A stretch of 62,920 bases of DNA, counting the filler, from Octopus bimaculoides (lineage: Eukaryota): the NCBI RefSeq assembly GCF_001194135.2. It is 3 parts of 3 records of this genome, joined end to end, with 100 filler letters (N's around TTAATTAATTAA, not from the genome) between each part and the next. Parts side by side here need not be neighbours in the genome. Positions count along the whole stretch, not along the records: positions 1 to 28,771 come from NC_068981.1; 2 more parts are not named here. One strand, written 5' to 3'. Shown here piece by piece: positions 1-11,184 of this stretch; the stretch's first letter is position 1; every line of letters starts with the position of its first letter. Both the position numbers and the translations under genes were made by a program. The notes beneath the pieces are model-generated. The model saw nothing but the letters and a program-made list of their open reading frames with translations, was not told the DNA's origin and made no database searches.

Positions 1-39
<39 letters not shown>
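1..39. repeat. (CA)n microsatellite
   Basis: Pure CA dinucleotide run at the window start. Confidence 0.95.
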
Positions 40-41
<2 letters not shown>

Positions 42-264
42 ATCTGTTAAATTCACTTTACATTTATTTCTTGATTACACTGACGCATTTCCATGCATGC
101 ATACAAACGAACACAAGCACACATACGTATGTACAAGCAAACATAGTGTATGTGTGGAGTTAAAAACTTGGTCCAAGATAAAATCACTCGTATTTCCTTT
201 ATATCGTTTATTAGAAGTTATTCTTACAGTGGTTAGACTTACATCATACGCCTCCTAATAACGG

Positions 265-477
265 TCCCAAATTTTGGCTCAAGACCAGCAATTTCGAGGA
301 CGAGGATAAGTCAATTACATCGATCTCGGTCTTCAACTGGTATTTATATTATCGACCCCAGAAGGGTGGAAGGCAAAGTCGATCCCCAGCGGCATTTCAA
401 CTCAGAGCATAAAGACGGACGAAATACCGTTAAGCAATTTGTCTGGTGCGGTAATAATTTTGCTAGCTTACCTCCTT
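265..477 (-). mobile_element. tRNA-derived SINE, family A, tail type i, diverged
   Basis: Reverse complement matches the + copy at 6777-7013 (box-A-like tggcagaatcgttagc, box-B-like gagttcaaat, body ctttcatcctttcggggtcgata). Confidence 0.8.
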
Positions 478-1699
478 CAAAAGCTCCTAATTATGATCAG
501 TGCAAATATTTGTCGTTCACATTTAGTGAAGAATATGTCGCTAATTATGATGTACCCTTTGGAGTATCTATGTGTCCCTATATATACATACATAACCATG
601 TATGTATAAAAGGTATTTAACTACATTCCGAAACGAACATAGAATGAATTCTATTGGCTTCGAGGAAGCTATAGGTTGTTGCAAATGCACTCGGCTTTGA
701 GGAATTCTAACCACATTTCGTGGTTCGCTACCTCAACAAGCCCTTTATAGGATCCAGTGGCTAAGGACATGATCAGGAGGAACCACGTCTGGTTTCGGAC
801 CCTACTCCTCTACGGTTTTCGACGCGGTGGGCTCCCCCGCCCACCTTTCGGAGGTGTCGTCAGCTCTGGTGTTGACTGCGTTTTTTCCTTTCTTGGCCTT
901 ATGCAGTTTTGGTTTCTACGATGCAGCGTCAACGAAAGTCAGTGGGCGAATGACCACCCTACGAATTACCCTTTAAATACTCGCCAGTAGGCACCAGCAG
1001 CCAGCGCCAGCTAACTGTCACGTGACACAACATTCTGTTCTTTTCGGTGCCATATACTTTTTAGCTAGTTGTTTTTTCTTCGGTAGGCAATGTGATGACA
1101 ATAAGGTCTGGTGTAGGTACACACAGGAAGAAGTTTTGAAAGAGGAGGAAATAGAAAAGGATAGGGGGAATTTGTATTTGTAGGACGCATGTTGATAGAA
1201 AGTTATAGTGAAGAGATTTATTTTGGTTTGATGCTGAAATTTTGTTATTGTTCAAAGTATTGTTAGGCGAGTAGTAAAAAGGTAAATAGATATGTCGTAT
1301 TGGGGCCACGATATTCTTTGTATATAATGTCGTTTGCACCTATTTTTGCAGTACTTTAGAGTTCAGAAAAGAGAGACTTTAAGAAATACACATGGCCTCA
1401 GCTGAGGAAAGCATATCCGATTGAAGTTGAATTTATGTTGATGAAGAAATTATAAACTGGGTACTTTTAGGAAGGTTTGGGTTTTGTGGACAATGTTGTA
1501 TGGTACCATAAATATTTCATATAAAAGTAAAGTGTGCGTACATTTGATTAGACTTTTGGGCAGAAATAGTTGTAACGTAGTTTCCTAAATAAATGATATA
1601 ATATAAAGGCTGTCTTTGCACCATGTATTGAGTACTACATTGAAGCAAGTCTACATCGATTTACTTCCGTTAAGAAAGGACAAGAACATACATTGCATG

Positions 1700-1760
1700 C
1701 AAGCGCAGACACGCACACACACACACACTCACATTTACATGCACACACACCACACACACA

Positions 1761-1842
<82 letters not shown>
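1700..1842. repeat. (CA)n microsatellite
   Basis: Long CA run; source of the spurious THTH/VCVC ORFs. Confidence 0.95.
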
Positions 1843-1843
<1 letters not shown>

Positions 1844-2948
1844 CGGTTTTGAACAATCGTAGCATAATACTTTTGTGCATGTGTGTGTATGTGTGTATGT
1901 GTGTGTATATGTGTGTGTGCAGTTTTTAAGTTATGAGCCGTCTATTTGGATGTCATATACAATAATGATCAATCAATTTGAATTTAACTTCTAATTACAA
2001 GACATTTTATACGTTTTATTTGCATGTGTATGCATATGCATATACATATATACATTTGTAACTATATCTGTATGTATATATATATACATATATAGATATC
2101 GTTACGTGAGTGTCTNNNNNNNNNNNNNNNNNNNNNNNNNNNNNNNNNNNNNNNNNNNNNNNNNNNNNNNNNNNNATATATATATATATATATAAACACA
2201 TATTCACATAACGCATATATACATGGGTGTCATGTTCGGTTATGGCATTTATTACCGCTGAAGATCAGTATGAATGTCACAACTATAGTTTCGTTAATTA
2301 TGTATGTCCCATTCAGTTACGATCAATCTACACATAGACGCAGATACTCTCTCTCCCTCTCACTTTCTCCCTCTCTCTCTCTCTCTGTCATACGCACACA
2401 CATACACACATTTATGTAGGCACACATTACTTCTTATCCTAGTTACTTCGGGTGTTGTACATGTTTTTCTTTCTGCGTACCCTGATGGAGCAGTTGCGAC
2501 AAACCATACCTCCTCGCCCAGACATTTCCTTCTGAAATACCTTATCCAGTGTCCCTTAATATTTTTAAGACCTTAAGGCATGATTCGAACGAGATTTCGG
2601 TTTTTTTTTCTAGCAATTGTGGTGACCGCACTAAGACTCAATCGCTGGCTGAAGTATTTTAGGCTCTCCGTTTCCTGTAAGTTATGATATTTTCCTTTCA
2701 CCGCACGTATCTTTCATTACTTAGTTTTCACGACTGCAGACAATATGAACACTACCCAACACTATTTGCAGGTCTTTGTAGAATGGTGGGACGAAATGAC
2801 AATTGAATAGCATTTATATCTTTCATGCTTCTTCACTTAATTTGCTAGATTGGTTCTTTGTATATCTTCTATCTCTTACCTGCTTCAGTCATTGGACTGC
2901 CACCATATCTCCTCTAGAATAACTATTGCTTAACCATTTTCTCACACC

Positions 2949-2996
2949 GTCTCCGATGAAGGGTTATATAAAATATCCCGGAAACAGATGTAAGAC
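2949..2996 (+). ncRNA. Minimal type I hammerhead-ribozyme-like motif (U4C variant), probable Penelope-type terminus
   Basis: GTCT-CCGATGA-A-GGG..CCC-G-GAAAC-AGAT-GTA-AGAC: stem I GTCT/AGAC, core CCGAUGA, stem II GGG/CCC, GAAA, short stem III, GUA triplet. Confidence 0.45.
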
Positions 2997-3217
2997 CTTT
3001 TCTTTATAAATGTTCTGAAATCTTTCCCAGCCTTGGATTTTTATCTCATTCTGAAAAAATTTTTTTTTTATATATACGCATGCTGATATATGATCTACGT
3101 TGGACTCCTCATTCGCATAATCACTGAACCTGGAGCTTAACTATAGTCTGTCCATAGCACTTAGCATTACCTGACACCTTTGTCTTCTTGACACTATTAC
3201 CTCTCATAATCCATATA

Positions 3218-3254
<37 letters not shown>

Positions 3255-3256
<2 letters not shown>

Positions 3257-3417
3257 GGCGGATTTCTTTTCAGTGTCCGCCTACCAGATCCACTCACACA
3301 GTTGTGGTCGCCCCAAGACAATAGTAGAAGACAGTTGCCCAAAGTGCCACGTAGTAGAACTCAATCCGGAACCTTGTAGTTGGGAAGCAAGCTTCTTGCA
3401 TAGCCTCGCCTGCGCCT
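3255..3417 (-). mobile_element. SINE family C/D, 5' (tRNA-like) half
   Basis: Reverse complement matches 12243-12397 and 49022-49165 (ggcaccttgggcaagtgtcttctactat...gtgagtggatttggtagacggaaactgaaaga). Confidence 0.85.
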
Positions 3418-3419
3418 AT

Positions 3420-3880
3420 TCAAACAGTCACACCTGATATGGTCACAGAAAATGACAAAGCAACCATACTCTGAGATGTGCCAATGCACACAAATAGAGA
3501 AATGAAGGTTAATAGACCAGATATAGTTGTCAGAGATCATCAAGAAAACAAAATGCCGTTTAATCGACGTATCATTCCCAACAGATGACAACGTATCTGC
3601 AAAAGAAACGGAGAAACTCTCATAATACAAAGATCTGGAAATAGCGATAACCTGAATGTGGAGCCTCAAAACAGAAACAATCCTTATAATAATAAATGCA
3701 TGAAGTATGATTAAAAAACATTCAGACAAATTACATAACTAAAACACCAGGACTTACGAATATATACAACGTACAAAAGATAGCACTACTAGGCACCGCA
3801 GACATGCTGCGTTAAGTTCTTTCAATACAGTGAAAATAAGAGCACCACAGCAAACCGCAGCACATACCTGAGGCACACAG
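3420..3880 (+). mobile_element. R4/Dong-type non-LTR retrotransposon 3' fragment (restriction-like endonuclease domain), decayed
   Basis: Manual translation across stops and a frameshift: VTENDKATIL*DVPMHTNREMKVNRPDIVVRDHQ..CRLIDVSFPTDDNVSAKETEKLS*YKDLEI..KIALLGTA; PD..D RLE motif. Confidence 0.8.
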
Positions 3881-3889
3881 AGGATGATA

Positions 3890-4625
3890 GAGATGTAGCC
3901 CTCCTGATACAGGAAGGCCTCTAGGGATAATCGAGGAACCCCACTGTCCTAAATTTCCCTGAAACCCTAGGAGCAAGTGCTCTTTCCAATCCCTTCTCTC
4001 CGACTCACAGGTCTACACTTAGAGAAGTACCATTCACTCTTGTCATTTTCACAACTTTCACCCACTTTTCAATAAACTCACTCGAGGACAGCACTTCCCA
4101 TTCCACTCTCAGTTTCCTTTTCAAGTAATAACTTGAAAAAGTCAATGAAAGCTCTACCAATGAGGAATATATTTGTTCTCATACCTTTCAACTTTGTCCA
4201 CTAAATAACCTCTTTCGCCACAGACACTAGGCAAAGGAAAACTGCCTTGCCTGCCTGATTGAAGGAGGGCAACGGTGCGATCATCACTACAGACTCGGCC
4301 GACAGACAGATCCATCCCACACGAGACAGCAGCTGCTCAACATAACCCCACAGTTCAGCAATGCCCGGGCACTGAATGAGGGCGTGCAGAACGGGTTCGT
4401 CACTTTGACAACACATCCAACAACACAGCTGACAACACGTCCGTGGCTGTAGAGTTTATTTCGAACCGGTATTGCCCACCCCCGTAGCACTGCCAGGCCA
4501 AGGACATCTGGAAATTATCCATGATAGTTCCCGACTGGAAAGTCTTCCGGAACAGACTAGCCAGTTCGTTCTCCTCGGCGCCCAGAGCCTGCCGAGAACA
4601 TCGTCGCACTTCCCCGCCACTAATC
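3890..4625 (-). mobile_element. Tx1/L1-clade LINE, ORF2 C-terminal fragment plus 3' UTR
   Basis: ORFs 4400-4609 (MDNFQMSLAWQCY) and 4201-4416 (DEPVLHALIQCPGIAELWGYVEQLLSRV) are homologous to 51626-51919 of the longer copy. Confidence 0.85.
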
Positions 4626-4689
4626 CTCTATATATTTCTAAATCAGAACTTCCAATAATAATGGGATGGGCTACTCGACCTGAAGAAAA

Positions 4690-4893
4690 TTCTTACTGGG
4701 CCCCACCTGCAAGGTTATGCGCTGTTTATCTTGATATGAGATAACCATATCACGCACATAAGCTTGTGGTGCATGTAACTGGCGTACCCTTATCAGACGT
4801 AATCATGATGGGTATATTAGGCTTCGTATATTTCTACCCCAGTGTCACATCGATGGCATGCACGGCTCTGTCACTCAATAACGATAATAATAA
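4690..4893 (+). mobile_element. Retroposon 3' tail fragment (family G) ending in a (TAA)-like tail
   Basis: Ends ggcatgcac..ctcactcaataacgataataa; second partial copy at 7668-7755. Confidence 0.55.
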
Positions 4894-5026
4894 TCTTTTC
4901 TACTCTAGGCACAAGGCCCGAAATTATTAGGAAGGGGGCCAGCCAATTAGATCGACCCCAGTACGCAACTGGTACTTAATTTATCGACTCCGAAAGGATG
5001 AAAGGCAAAGTTGAACTCGGCGGAAA
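4894..5026 (-). mobile_element. SINE family A, 3' part, tail type ii
   Basis: tcttttctactctaggcacaaggcccgaaatt...ggtacttaatttatcgactccgaaaggatgaaaggcaaag. Confidence 0.85.
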
Positions 5027-5043
5027 TAATGATAATAATAATA

Positions 5044-5240
5044 ACGGTTTAAAATTTTGGCAAAAGGCCAACAGGCTTTGAATGGGGCTAAGTTGATTAA
5101 ATCGACCCCAGTGTTCAACTGATGTTGATTTTATCGACCTCGAAGTGATGAAAGGCAAAGTCGACCCCGACTGAATTTTAACTCAGAACGCACAGACGGA
5201 CGAAATGCCACTTACGCATTTTGTCCGGTTGCTAATGATA
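5044..5240 (-). mobile_element. SINE family A, tail type i
   Basis: Body atcgacctcgaagtgatgaaaggcaaagtcgacc..aactcagaacg..gacggacgaaatgcc. Confidence 0.8.
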
Positions 5241-5409
5241 GGAGAAAATGCTTTACAGTATAGTGCTGTTATGACTACATAATCTAATGTATCATCTTGC
5301 CTTCCTTTAAGAATGAAGGTAGTGACTGAAAAGAAATTTGACTACCAGTTCCAGCTGGTCGAGCGACCACACAGAAGCTCTCTCTCATCTAATTGTTGTA
5401 CTGTTCTAG

Positions 5410-5434
5410 ATACATGAACAATGTGTTCTCTAAT
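5410..5434 (+). CDS. Candidate small exon (25 nt, phase 2 to 0, YMNNVFSN), unverified
   Basis: ctaat branch-like motif, ttctag acceptor, gtgggt donor; only one open frame. Confidence 0.15.
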
Positions 5435-5529
5435 GTGGGTTGGCCTTTATAGTGAATAGGGTCATCCTTTGCTCGGAAGTTGCTCTCTTCAGTTAATATC
5501 GAATAATGCAAATATCATTTAGTCTTACC

Positions 5530-6095
5530 TTCCTTACATTTCTCGTCGCCAGATCTTAGTCCAGTTGATATCGTTACATCGTTGCAGTCTTAAATGCTTT
5601 ACCACCTTATCCTTTGATCATCTCCTCTTCAATCAGTGTCTTTCTTTACAAATAGTATCTCTTTGTCACAGATTTCTTTAATTACCTCGTCTCTTCAACT
5701 AATAGCTTGTAATACACACACACAAACACACAAAGATCTGTCTCATATATAAATATGCATTTATTATTATTATTATCACTGCGTCACGCTTTTCTTTTAA
5801 TTGTCTGCTCTGTCCATAGGTGGTGCTGTGTGCAAAATTTATCGTCTGATTCTATTTCGTTTGATCTCTTCAATTGGTGTCTTCTTGTATTGCCTTTATA
5901 GCTTTATCATGTCTCCCTTTAATCGTTCGCTGTGCTTAGTTGATGTTATGTTGTTGTTATTGTGCTTTCTGTATTACTTTGTCGAGGTTTCTTTAGTGAT
6001 CCAGTTTCCTTCGCATAGTCTCGTCTCATTTATCTGTTCATTATTTTGTATAGTAATTTTTAAACAATACCTCTCATTGGTTACAGGTTTTTGAA
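5530..6095 (-). mobile_element. Highly decayed LINE ORF2 C-terminal remnant (tentative)
   Basis: Purine-rich minus strand with broken frames such as KEICDKEILFVKK..IEEEMIK.DKVVKHLRLQRCNDINWTKIWRREM*, reminiscent of L1-type C-termini. Confidence 0.25.
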
Positions 6096-6187
6096 CAGAC
6101 CAGAGGATGGTTCATTGCATTTAGATGGCGCGTGTCACCGGAATTCCGGTTTCACCCCGATATACGAATAAAAAAAACAAAAAAATG

Positions 6188-6226
<39 letters not shown>

Positions 6227-6245
6227 ACACACACACACACACGCA

Positions 6246-6347
6246 CTTCTAAATTCCATTAACTGGGTACTGATCAGCCCAAGGCTATTATAGTAAACAC
6301 TTGACTGTGGGTTCGAAACCGGAACTCCTTCGTAGTTATGAAACCTC
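6246..6347 (-). mobile_element. SINE family C/D 5' half, partial
   Basis: aaattccattaactggg..cccaaggctattatagtaaacacttgac..ttcgaaaccggaact resembles the family C reverse complement. Confidence 0.6.
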
Positions 6348-6365
6348 AATACGTTTGTGTAATAT

Positions 6366-6535
6366 CGGTTTAAAATTTTGGCACATGGCCAGCAATTCTG
6401 GGGGAGGTGGGTAAGTCAATTACATCAATCGCAGTGCTCAACTGGTACTTACTTTATCGGACCCGAATGGCAAAGTTACAGACGGACGAAGTGCCGCCTA
6501 ATCATTTTGGCCAGCGTGCTAACGATTCTGCTTGC
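6366..6535 (-). mobile_element. SINE family A, tail type i, internal deletion
   Basis: aaattttggcacatggccagcaattc..actggtacttactttatcgg..gacggacgaagtgccgcctaatcattttggccagcgtgctaacgattctgc. Confidence 0.8.
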
Positions 6536-6624
6536 TTACTGCCTTCATTTTGTGCAATATCATTTACTATTTCGTTGTTCCTGAGTCTCAGATCCATTCT
6601 AAATAACCAGACCTATTTTTCTCA

Positions 6625-7510
6625 TGGTATTCAGATGGTGTTCGGAGAGAGACTTTATTTCTCAAAATGGTAGGCTATGACCTGAGTGAAACTTTTAAGA
6701 CGAAAGGCTGTGATTTAAGTGAGTTTTTTTTTTTTTTTTCAAAATGGTACGCTGTAACTATATATGTTTTCAGTTTAGGGTGGCGATCTGGCAGGATCAC
6801 TAGCACGCCGGACGAAATGCTTAGCGGTATTTCATCTGCCGGTATTTCGTTCTAAGTTCAAATTCGACTGAGATCGACTTTGCCTTTCATCCTTTCGGGG
6901 TCGATTAAATAAATACCAGTTACGCACTGGTGTCGATGTAATCGACTTAATCCCTTTGTCTGTCCTTGTTTGTCTCCTCTATGTTTAGCCCCCTGTGGGC
7001 AATAAAGAAATAAATATGTTTTCAGTTTGATTTCAGGCGGTATTCAGAGAAATACTTTATTTCTCAAAATGTCAGGCTTTGATGAAAGGTTTTCATTTAA
7101 GTAAATTGTTTTCCAAAATCGTAGGTTGTGAGTTGAATGAAACTTTTTGAAGATATTAGGCTGTAATTTGAAGGAAACTGTTTTGGGGCTACAGCCACTA
7201 TGATTTGAGCAAAACTTTTTCTTTAATAGCTGTGATTTGAATGAGATCTTTGAAAATGCAGGATGTGATCTGATTGAAATATTTTTAAACCGATTGGTGT
7301 CAGTTAAGTGAGAAGCTTTAATGACGTTAGGATGTGATTTGAGAGATATTTGTGTTTAGACTGAGATTTTAGTGAGGGATTTGATGGGCGCGATAAGGTG
7401 TGAAACTTTTTCAGGGTAATAGGCTGTGACTTGATTGTGACTTCAGCGTGTAGACTATCATCTGAGCGATTTGAGAAAAAAACTTTTTTTTTACTTTGAT
7501 TTGAATGTGA
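6625..7510 (+). repeat. Degenerate minisatellite (about 33-36 bp unit, core aggctgtgatttgagtgaaactttt) interrupted by a SINE
   Basis: Recurrent aggctatgacctgagtgaaactttt, aggctgtgatttaagtgag, aggttgtgagttgaatgaaactttt, aggctgtaatttgaaggaaact, aggatgtgatttgagag, aggctgtgacttgattg. Confidence 0.65.
6777..7013 (+). mobile_element. Full-length SINE family A, tail type iii, 15-bp TSD
   Basis: Box-A/B-like motifs; tail gtctgtccttgtttg..gggcaataaagaaataa; TSD atatgttttcagttt at 6762-6776 and 7014-7028. Confidence 0.9.
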
Positions 7511-7595
7511 CTTTTATTTTTGACGACAAGGCTGGAATATTTTTTTCGTCAATCACGCCAAAAATAAAAATAAAAAATCATATATTATATTATAT

Positions 7596-7631
<36 letters not shown>

Positions 7632-7667
7632 CAGTAAATTACACAATATAAATGGGTAAAATTTATG

Positions 7668-7799
7668 GGTATATTAGGCTTCGTATATTTGTACCTCAGT
7701 GTCACTTCAATGGCATGCACTGCTCTCTCACTCAACAACGATAATAGTAATCTTTTCTACTCTAGGCACAAGGCCCGAAATTATTAGGGAGGGGGGCCA
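7668..7799 (+). repeat. Duplicate of 4810-4940 (family G tail plus SINE A tail junction)
   Basis: gggtatattaggcttcgtatattt...tcttttctactctaggcacaaggcccgaaattattagg is present at both sites with the same junction. Confidence 0.8.
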
Positions 7800-7809
7800 N
7801 NNNNNNNNN

Positions 7810-7889
<80 letters not shown>

Positions 7890-8369
7890 GGTAGGTATGA
7901 CTTGAAAATTGGTTGCTTTTTCTGGCAGCTAGAGGCTTCGGTAACGGTTTGGTAATCGTCTACTTAGCGTTCATGTTTGTTTGGCAATCACATCTCATTG
8001 GATATCTAGAACTGCATTCACCAATGTAAATTCTTCCTATTTTAAACACAGTAGGTAGGAGTATAGTTTGAAGGCAATTTGTCGGTTATTTCTGTCAGCC
8101 CGAGGCATCTCATAGTGGCCTCACTCTTTGGCTCGACAATCACCAGGTTTTTCTTAGATATCAACGAAATATTTATCTCGTTATCATTTTTGTTGTAGTT
8201 ATTGTTATTTAGCCCTAGGTCGTTTCTGGTTGAACAGACAGGCCAATGATCAAAGGTATCCATGGTTTGATCATCTCATCTTTGATTGTGGTGGTTTGTA
8301 ATGTATTGAGCATTACATTAATCTGGATGCAAGTTGTGAAGGTGATTGCAATGGCCGCGGATACGATAA

Positions 8370-8750
8370 CTGTGCTGAGGGTGGTGGTAGTGGTAGTGGT
8401 ACTGTTAGTTGCGGTGGTGACTATAATGGTGACGTATACGATAGTTTTGGTGATGATTGATGCTGTCGTTGTTGTTGCTGTTGTTTAAGTGGTGGTGGTG
8501 GTGGTGGTGGTGGTGGTGATTTGGTGATTGCAGTGGTAGTGGCATGAGACTGAATTGATGGAAATAGTATGGTGGATATTACAGATGTATTGGCGCAATT
8601 GTAGTAAGCTTACGTTGATGACGACACTGATAGTGAAGATGATGACAACGATGACGACGACGACGACGATGATGATGATGATGGTGGTGTTGGTGGTGGA
8701 GGTGTCGAGCTGCTGGTTGTTGGTTGGTTGGTTGGTTGCTGGTAGTGATG
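8370..8750. repeat. Cryptic (GGT/GAT/GTT)n low-complexity tract
   Basis: Mixed trinucleotide runs giving V/M/T-rich spurious ORFs. Confidence 0.85.
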
Positions 8751-8765
8751 AGATGTGTTTAACAG

Positions 8766-8827
8766 CATGCGCTAAATCTCCAACGATATGTCTTATTAGC
8801 AAATATGCATGCTGTGTGCCTCAGCAG
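8766..8827 (+). CDS. Candidate exon (62 nt, phase 0 to 2, HALNLQRYVLLANMHAVCLS), unverified
   Basis: ttaacag acceptor (weak tract), CAG|gtatta donor, open frame. Confidence 0.15.
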
Positions 8828-9248
8828 GTATTAGAGTCTTTTAAAACATACGTAACATACCTTTGTAGGAGGTCTTTTATAGACAGATAGAGACAGGGGA
8901 AGAAATAAAGAAAGAACAGATAAAGAGATAAAGAGAGTGTGTGCCAGTAACTTGTGTGTGCATGTGTCACAAGAGAGAAAGAGCTTTACCAGAATTATAT
9001 TTACGAGTTAACCAACAGCCATTATCACATTGGCATATATGCATCGCTAGTTAAATAGATACAGTTTCGAGGTTTGTTCACACATGTGCGCACACGTAGA
9101 GAGACACATATACACATTCATACAAATAGACACAAAAAAATATATAAATACATATACGCAGACACATGTGAGTGTATCAAGTTTTGAGCGATGATATAGT
9201 ATAATGTATAGTGATAGTAACGACAAATAGATATCCGAAAAATAAGAC

Positions 9249-9284
<36 letters not shown>

Positions 9285-9813
9285 NNNNNNNNNNNNNNNN
9301 NNNNNNNNNNNNNNNNNNNNNNNNNNNNNNNNNNNNNNNNNNNNNNNNNNNNNNNNNNNNNNNNNNNNNNNNNNNNNNNNNNNNNNNNNNNNNNNNNNNN
9401 NNNNNNNNNNNNNNNNNNNNNNNNNNNNNNNNNNNNNNNNNNNNNNNNNNNNNNNNNNNNNNNNNNNNNNNNNNNNNNNNNNNNNNNNNNNNNNNNNNNN
9501 NNNNNNNNNNNNNNNNNNNNNNNNNNNNNNNNNNNNNNNNNNNNNNNNNNNNNNNNNNNNNNNNNNNNNNNNNNNNNNNNNNNNNNNNNNNNNNNNNNNN
9601 NNNNNNNNNNNNNNNNNNNNNNNNNNNNNNNNNNNNNNNNNNNNNNNNNNNNNNNNNNNNNNNNNNNNNNNNNNNNNNNNNNNNNNNNNNNNNNNNNNNN
9701 NNNNNNNNNNNNNNNNNNNNNNNNNNNNNNNNNNNNNNNNNNNNNNNNNNNNNNNNNNNNNNNNNNNNNNNNNNNNNNNNNNNNNNNNNNNNNNNNNTAT
9801 ATAAATATATATG

Positions 9814-9972
9814 GGAGAATATACAAATAATAACAACAAACGAGGACAGGTGGTGTAAATAACAAAAGTATATATTAGTATGACGCTCGGGAATATGGAA
9901 AGTCTTTGACGTTTCGAGCTACGCTCTTCAACAGAAAGAATACGGAGACAAGGAGAAAAACACGGAGAAAAA
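9814..9972 (-). mobile_element. Family F short repeat (probable Penelope-type terminal repeat) carrying a hammerhead-like motif
   Basis: Near-identical to 13277-13443; TA-repeat flanks; minus strand TCTTT-CTGTTGA-A-GAGC-GTA-GCTC-GAAAC-GTC-AAAGA at 9903-9939. Confidence 0.65.
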
Positions 9973-10194
9973 ATATATATATATTGCGATACGAATTTCA
10001 GTCGCAAGTTTAAAATAGTACGTGTGATTCCCTCCTTAGCGGAAAATAGAAAGAAAACATTTTAATAGAAGAACACTACTTACATTTCGGTAGTTGAACG
10101 CAAAAAAGCAAACGCGGAAAATACTAAAAGCAACCGAAATATCGAGAGTTCTTTATATCTATTTTCATCTTCTTCTGTCTTCTTTTACTATTTT

Positions 10195-10545
10195 TCCATC
10201 ATTAGACTGTGGCCATTTTAGGGTGCCACCTCGAAGGCTTTTAGTCGAAGAAATGGACCCCCAGCATTAAAAACAAATCTGGTGATTATTCCATCGCTAA
10301 ATTACGGCGACGTAAACGTACTAAAACCAGCCGTCAAACGCGCTGGAATACAAACACGGACACAAAGACACACACATATGGATGCATAGATACATAGATA
10401 CATACATATATTCAATCGTACATACATAATAACACACACTCAAATTCCTTCCCACAGAGCTACGACTGCGCTTATATGTGTTTATACGACAAGCTTCTTT
10501 CAGTTTCCCTCTACCAAATCTACTCACAAGCTCTGAGGCTATATA
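10195..10545 (-). mobile_element. SINE family C/D with internal microsatellite, 5'-truncated
   Basis: D half at 10195-10370 (cattagactgtggccattttagggtgccacc..), CA/TACA spacer, C half ctttcagtttccctctaccaaatctactcacaag. Confidence 0.7.
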
Positions 10546-10569
10546 TATAAATATAAAAATGGGGAGATG

Positions 10570-11095
10570 TTCAGATGACGGGGACGCCTGTAAAAAGCGA
10601 GAATTTAGAAAAAAAAACAAACAAAAAAACAAAAAAACAAAAGACGAAGACGGGTGTGTAACAACAAACAGATGTATTATTTTAACACCCGGGAAGTGAG
10701 AAATTCTTTTGCGTTTCGAGCCTACGCTCTTCCACAGAAAGGAACACAGAAATAAACAGGGAGAGAAAATAGAAAAAGGTTTTGTGGCTAGCGATCTATC
10801 ATGGCGAATGCCGGACAGAGGGGTCACACAGGAGTGCTAGGAAGAAGGGGAGATAATAAAGTAGCGTCGATCTCCAAACGAAGGTGCGCGTGCGTGTGTA
10901 TGTGAGAGCATATATGTGCGTGTGGAAGGGGGCTGGTGACCTTAACGTGTCCGTGTATGCATGTGTAGGTGTGTGGATGCTGGGAAGCACCAATTTTCTC
11001 ACTTTTCCATTCTTCCCGAGCGTCAAACTAATACACCTGCTTGTTGCTGTCTCACCTTTTGTTCCCTCATCTTTTGTTTTCTTTAAAGTTCGATT
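10570..11095. mobile_element. Family F copy (10570-10830) with an inverted partial copy (10985-11095)
   Basis: acaaaagacgaagacgggtgtgtaacaacaaacagatgtattattttaacacccgggaagtgagaaa versus the reverse complement of ttcccgagcgtcaaactaatacacctgcttgttg..catcttttgttttcttt; hammerhead-like motif at 10705-10742. Confidence 0.6.
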
Positions 11096-11125
11096 ATATA
11101 TATGCATGTCTGTGTGTGTGTATAT

Positions 11126-11184
<59 letters not shown>

